From Nitrosopumilaceae archaeon (GTDB lineage: Archaea; Thermoproteota; Nitrososphaeria; Nitrososphaerales; Nitrosopumilaceae), in the NCBI GenBank assembly GCA_965208905.1, contig OZ242365.1, positions 704,001 to 768,000 on the forward strand: a DNA stretch of 64,000 bases, read 5' to 3'. This document shows positions 59,801 through 64,000 of the stretch, piece by piece. A program made the position numbers and the translations under genes. Position 1 is the stretch's first letter, and each line of letters opens with the position of its first letter. The notes below the pieces were generated by a model. It saw only the letters and a list, made by a program, of their open reading frames with translations. It searched no databases and had not been told where the DNA came from.

Positions 59801-60235
59801 ATGGACACCAACAAAGATAATCGGGAAGGTATAGGTGGAATGGCAAATCCGGGCCGATACGGAATTGAGCGTGTGGCGTACTGGTTGATGAGGCTCAGCG
59901 GACTGGGCCTGTTGGTGTACTTTATAGCCCACATATACGAGACCAGCAGCATTCTCCGGGGCGAAGTGGGTTGGAATGAATTGATGGCAATGACCGATAC
60001 GCCAGAATTTCATATTGTTCTTATTATTGTGATAGGTATGTGCGTCTTTCATACGGTCAATGGGATACGTGTAATGCTAGGACATGGCGGTGTCGGAGTG
60101 GGAAGACCTACCCGTCCAGACTACCCGTACGCGCCAGCATCCCAGAATACACGTCACAAGATAGCCATATACTCGGCAATCGTACTGGCCGCAATCGCCA
60201 TGGTGTATGGCTCTACTGTACTGTTTGGTGTATGA
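59801..60235 (+). CDS. sdhC: Succinate dehydrogenase membrane subunit C
   Basis: RLSG, FHTVNGIR; TM helices; operon position. Confidence 0.88.
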   Translation: MDTNKDNREGIGGMANPGRYGIERVAYWLMRLSGLGLLVYFIAHIYETSSILRGEVGWNELMAMTDTPEFHIVLIIVIGMCVFHTVNGIRVMLGHGGVGVGRPTRPDYPYAPASQNTRHKIAIYSAIVLAAIAMVYGSTVLFGV

Positions 60236-60236
60236 T

Positions 60237-60581
60237 ATGCGCGAAAGTCACATCATGAAGATACATTACGGCACGGCACTTGCAGCCGTGGGGCTGGTCG
60301 CTGTTCACATACTGATGCGCATGGCTGATGGATATCACCAGTCTCTAGAGTTTGCCAATGTACTGGCAAACTATCAGTTTGTACCATATGCGGGCCTATT
60401 GGAGATAATACTGATACTACTCTCAATACATGGTTTTAACGGACTGCGTGTAATACTGTTGGAGTTGCATCAGGGCCACTCTTATGAGAAGGCCGTCTCG
60501 TATGGCTGCATAGCTGGCATGATAGGTTTAATTGCGTATGGTTCACGTACAATTGTTATGGCAAATATGGGGATGATATGA
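60237..60581 (+). CDS. sdhD: Succinate dehydrogenase membrane subunit D
   Basis: HGFNGLRVIL; three TM helices; operon position. Confidence 0.85.
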   Translation: MRESHIMKIHYGTALAAVGLVAVHILMRMADGYHQSLEFANVLANYQFVPYAGLLEIILILLSIHGFNGLRVILLELHQGHSYEKAVSYGCIAGMIGLIAYGSRTIVMANMGMI

Positions 60582-61270
60582 ACAACACAATAAAACTACG
60601 TGTAAAGCGCTCGGCAACTGACGATTTTGATGAGTTCACAATACCCGTCCAAAAATGGACTACCGTTCTGGAGTGTATACTACACGCAAAACATCAATTT
60701 GATCACTCCATTGCAGTACGATACTCTTGCCGGCAGGCCACCTGCGGTAGTTGTGGAATGAAGATAAACGGCAAGCCGTCCTTGGCATGTTTCACCAAAG
60801 TCTCTGAAATAGATAGTGATACCATTACAGTAGAGCCGATGAGCAACTTTCCTATAATTCGGGATCTGGCAGTAAAGTTTGACAGGCTATTTGAGAACCA
60901 TCGCAAAGTAATGCCATACATGGACAATACTCCCCCCGAGTCTAGCAGAATGCACATACAGAGTCCTGCTGAACTAGACAAGTTCATACAGTTTGCCAAC
61001 TGCATAAAGTGTGGACTGTGCAACTCGGCATGTCCTACCATGGCAACTGATACATCATTTACAGGTCCGCAGGCTTTGGCGCAGGCGTATCGTTATGTGG
61101 CCGACAGCCGTGATAAAGATAAGGACAAGAGACTGCGTATAATAGACGACTCACATGGAATATGGCGTTGCCACTTTGCTGGATCTTGTAGCCAGGTCTG
61201 TCCAAAAGGTGTTGATCCCGCCATGGGAATACAACTATTGCGTGGATACATGTTAGGCTTGAGTGATTAA
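60578..61270 (+). CDS. sdhB: Succinate dehydrogenase Fe-S subunit
   Basis: SCRQATCGSC, CIKCGLC...CP, C...C...CP. Confidence 0.97.
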   Translation: MNNTIKLRVKRSATDDFDEFTIPVQKWTTVLECILHAKHQFDHSIAVRYSCRQATCGSCGMKINGKPSLACFTKVSEIDSDTITVEPMSNFPIIRDLAVKFDRLFENHRKVMPYMDNTPPESSRMHIQSPAELDKFIQFANCIKCGLCNSACPTMATDTSFTGPQALAQAYRYVADSRDKDKDKRLRIIDDSHGIWRCHFAGSCSQVCPKGVDPAMGIQLLRGYMLGLSD

Positions 61271-61272
61271 AT

Positions 61273-61590
61273 CTACTTTTTGGGTTTTGGACTGTTGTTT
61301 ACCTGATTGTTTATCTGTTCTGCCATAAAGTGATTAGATACGTTGACCTTTACTTCTTCTACACCATCAATCATCAAAAGGTTGTCATGTATATCCTGAC
61401 ATATTTTAAAGCCAAAGACCGCCGGACAGAACGGACTGGTCAGATGTAAGTCCACCTTGACATCACTATCCTGTATATCCACCTCATCAATCAATTCCAA
61501 ATCCGTGATGGATGTGTCGATCTCTGGGTCCTTTATCTTTGATAACTCATCAAATATGCGTACTCTCATCTTTTTGATGTCTTGAGACAT
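61273..61590 (-). CDS. Fe-S assembly protein (DUF59/SufT-like)
   Basis: DPEI...DLELI...LTSPFCP. Confidence 0.9.
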   Translation of the reverse strand: MSQDIKKMRVRIFDELSKIKDPEIDTSITDLELIDEVDIQDSDVKVDLHLTSPFCPAVFGFKICQDIHDNLLMIDGVEEVKVNVSNHFMAEQINNQVNNSPKPKK

Positions 61591-61830
61591 ACGTGTAGGT
61601 GGCATTAAACTATATTTAAATTCATTTGGGATGCCGAGTGGCGTTTCGTGGTTTTAATAACATCCGTACAATACGTTATAATTCCAGCGCTAATATCACA
61701 AAAGATGTGCGTATTTATTCTGATATCGTCGAACCTGCATGTATAATCATCTGTGAATGAGATACCAATTATAAAATACTGTTTTGTATGGCACAACTTT
61801 TAATTTAACTACACACTGTACTGTATTATC

Positions 61831-62700
61831 TTGGGATTGGTGGATGATATACGCAATAAGAGACCAATGGTGGTTCCAGGCGTATATGATGCTCTAGGCG
61901 CCAGAATGGCTCAATCTGTGGGGTTTGATGCAATGTTTCAGACTGGATATGGTACATCTGCAACACTGTTTGGAATGCCTGATTATGGGTTTGTAGGTGC
62001 TGCCGAAACCTTGGATAATGCTCGCCGTATATGCTCGGCTATCTCTACACCAGTTATCGTAGATGCTGATACCGGGTATGGTGGAGCGCTAAATGTGCGG
62101 CGGCTTGTGCAGCAGTTAGAGTCGGCGGGAGCTGCGGGCATGTTCTTGGAGGACCAGATATGGCCAAAGAGGTGCGGTCACATGCAGGGCAAGGATGTCA
62201 CTCCGCATTCCGAATATACAGAGAAACTGGGGGCGGCTCTTGATGCGCGCCAGAGCAAAGACTTTGTGGTTGTAGCCCGCACAGATGCCCGGGCCACTTT
62301 GGGATTAGAAGATGCAATACAGAGAGGAGTTGACAACTACAAGACTGGTGCAGATGTAATATTCATCGAAGCGCCCCTCTCCATATCTGAGATGAAACAG
62401 ATTGGCTCATCAATTAACGCACCTCTAGTGGCTAACATGATTGAGGGCGGCGCGACCCCATTACAACCGGCCAAATCACTTCATGATATGGGGTTCTCTC
62501 TGGTGCTGTACCCACTCTCCGTTTTGTACGCATCTACAGCTGCATCCCTGCGAGTGTTGCATGAGTTACACAAGAGTGGTACTGTTGCATCTAAACCATC
62601 TGATATTGTATCATTTGATCAATTCAATGAGATAGTTGGACTATCCGAGATGCGTACTCTGGAAGAACACTATCGAACTTTGCATCGTGACGTGACATAA
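61831..62700 (+). CDS. Isocitrate lyase/PEP mutase family enzyme
   Basis: DADTGYG, EDQ...KRCGH, ARTDA. Confidence 0.9.
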   Translation: MGLVDDIRNKRPMVVPGVYDALGARMAQSVGFDAMFQTGYGTSATLFGMPDYGFVGAAETLDNARRICSAISTPVIVDADTGYGGALNVRRLVQQLESAGAAGMFLEDQIWPKRCGHMQGKDVTPHSEYTEKLGAALDARQSKDFVVVARTDARATLGLEDAIQRGVDNYKTGADVIFIEAPLSISEMKQIGSSINAPLVANMIEGGATPLQPAKSLHDMGFSLVLYPLSVLYASTAASLRVLHELHKSGTVASKPSDIVSFDQFNEIVGLSEMRTLEEHYRTLHRDVT

Positions 62701-62736
62701 AAATAACCAATATAAAACAAAAAACAGAATGCAGAG

Positions 62737-63024
62737 TTACTCTGCGTTCTTCTTTACTTCGATTTCGATGGTTGACACATTACGTGCTTTTCCGTCGTTT
62801 GATTCTAGCGACTCGGATCCTATTCTGATGTCTCCAATGGAGTATCCTGCATTTTCAGTCTTGCGAGATATGATTTGAGCCACATCTACGGCGCGACCAA
62901 TACTCATGCCTCTTGCTTTGATATTTACCGTCGGTACATTAGTCAACTGAATGAGCGTAGATGTAACATACGCCATCAGAGGCTTTTTACCGATAAAGAT
63001 GGTATCGCGTGCTTCGTTCGACAT
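62737..63024 (-). CDS. albA: Alba chromatin protein
   Basis: IFIGKKP...KARG...AVDVA...VSTIEI. Confidence 0.95.
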   Translation of the reverse strand: MSNEARDTIFIGKKPLMAYVTSTLIQLTNVPTVNIKARGMSIGRAVDVAQIISRKTENAGYSIGDIRIGSESLESNDGKARNVSTIEIEVKKNAE

Positions 63025-63496
63025 TGGGAGTGAATAAATATATTGCTAATTTAAATCAAACATTTTTTGCCTTCTTTGGCAAGTATGACTGGCCAACCCT
63101 TCCTGTAACTATTGCACACATCCACACACCAGACACTGATGATTTATGATATCGTACCTAATCAACTTGCTTTTTTACTAGTTCCCCCACAAGTTTGGGC
63201 GTTAGCCAGTAAAATTGAATTAATGATCTTAAATTCTAGGAATAACTATCGCAAATATGTAGTTAGACACGGAAGTACAGAAATCTATAACAAAGACGTA
63301 CATACAAGAGCGGTCAAATCAATAATAACTGATGTAACGTGACATCTGAGAGTAAAGCGGCGTATGGTCTCGTTGCACGTAATAAACCTCAATGAAGCCG
63401 TCAATATGATGTAATTTAGATCATGTTCTAACTTTGGAGGAAACCCACAAACAACAATCCTTTTATGATACAAATATGTAACAACTATGCAGTGCC

Positions 63497-63877
63497 ATGG
63501 CGAAGAACACATCTTGGGGAAACGTGCGTGTCCGCCAGGACTTGATTGACCGAATGACCAAAGCCCTCCATACCGCCGAGCTACAACGTGAGGGATTCAC
63601 AAATGTTGCGCAGCTTACAGATAATATAATACGCAAGGCCCTGGCATCCCTTGAAGCCAAACGATTTGAACATATAAACATGTATGAGGACCATGTCAAA
63701 ATACTAGATAACCACATAGGCCGTCAAGGCCGTATAATATCCGTATACTATAAGGAAAATATGGACCCCATATGTGAATACTGCGAGGATAGCGACTGCG
63801 TACATATACAGTACGCCTGGGAGATAGGTGCAGTACGAGACATACTAAAGCAGCATGGCTTTAAGCCACCATCATGA
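63497..63877 (+). CDS. Putative RHH plus zinc-binding regulator
   Basis: N-terminal strand-helix-helix pattern; CEYCEDSDCVH. Confidence 0.6.
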   Translation: MAKNTSWGNVRVRQDLIDRMTKALHTAELQREGFTNVAQLTDNIIRKALASLEAKRFEHINMYEDHVKILDNHIGRQGRIISVYYKENMDPICEYCEDSDCVHIQYAWEIGAVRDILKQHGFKPPS

Positions 63878-64000
63878 TGTGATGCCCCAAAAGTGTTGTT
63901 TTTTAGACGGTTGACCTGTTATCGTCTCCATTAGCATCTTCATATATCCCAAAAATTTTACAGTACCGTCTTCCCACTACACACTTGGTAAACAGTAGTC

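Noticed and set aside
1-64000. CRISPR array, rRNA genes, or Cas12 assignment of the TnpB proteins
   Set aside because: No repeat-spacer array, cas genes or rRNA-like sequence seen; the proteins are TnpB-sized.

Overview
Chromosomal window from an ammonia-oxidising archaeon (Nitrososphaerota, Nitrosopumilaceae-like; the large acidic secreted repeat proteins hint at a host-associated lineage, which is inference). Core genes: cyoE, S-layer locus, S8 peptidase, complex III (Rieske, cytochrome b, cupredoxin), ABC-2 exporter, tRNA-Arg(TCT), Ogg1-like glycosylase, beta-CASP nuclease, ferredoxin, tgtA, HMG-CoA reductase, sdhACDB, Alba. These are interleaved with many RNA-guided mobile elements. Highlights read from the DNA: (1) two separate elements in which tnpB (one intact, one internally deleted) is the only cargo between GGGAAT(T/C)AT terminal inverted repeats with perfect 8-bp target-site duplications, i.e. 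IS1595-like DDE ends rather than IS200/IS605 or IS607 ends; (2) two diverged copies of an IS110 non-coding end (candidate bridge RNA) whose variable segment matches its own insertion flank in each copy; (3) a duplicated S-layer gene whose C-terminus is replaced by cupredoxin, PsbP-like and transglutaminase-like domains, next to a secreted four-Cache-domain protein. All alignments were done by eye; no database searches were run.
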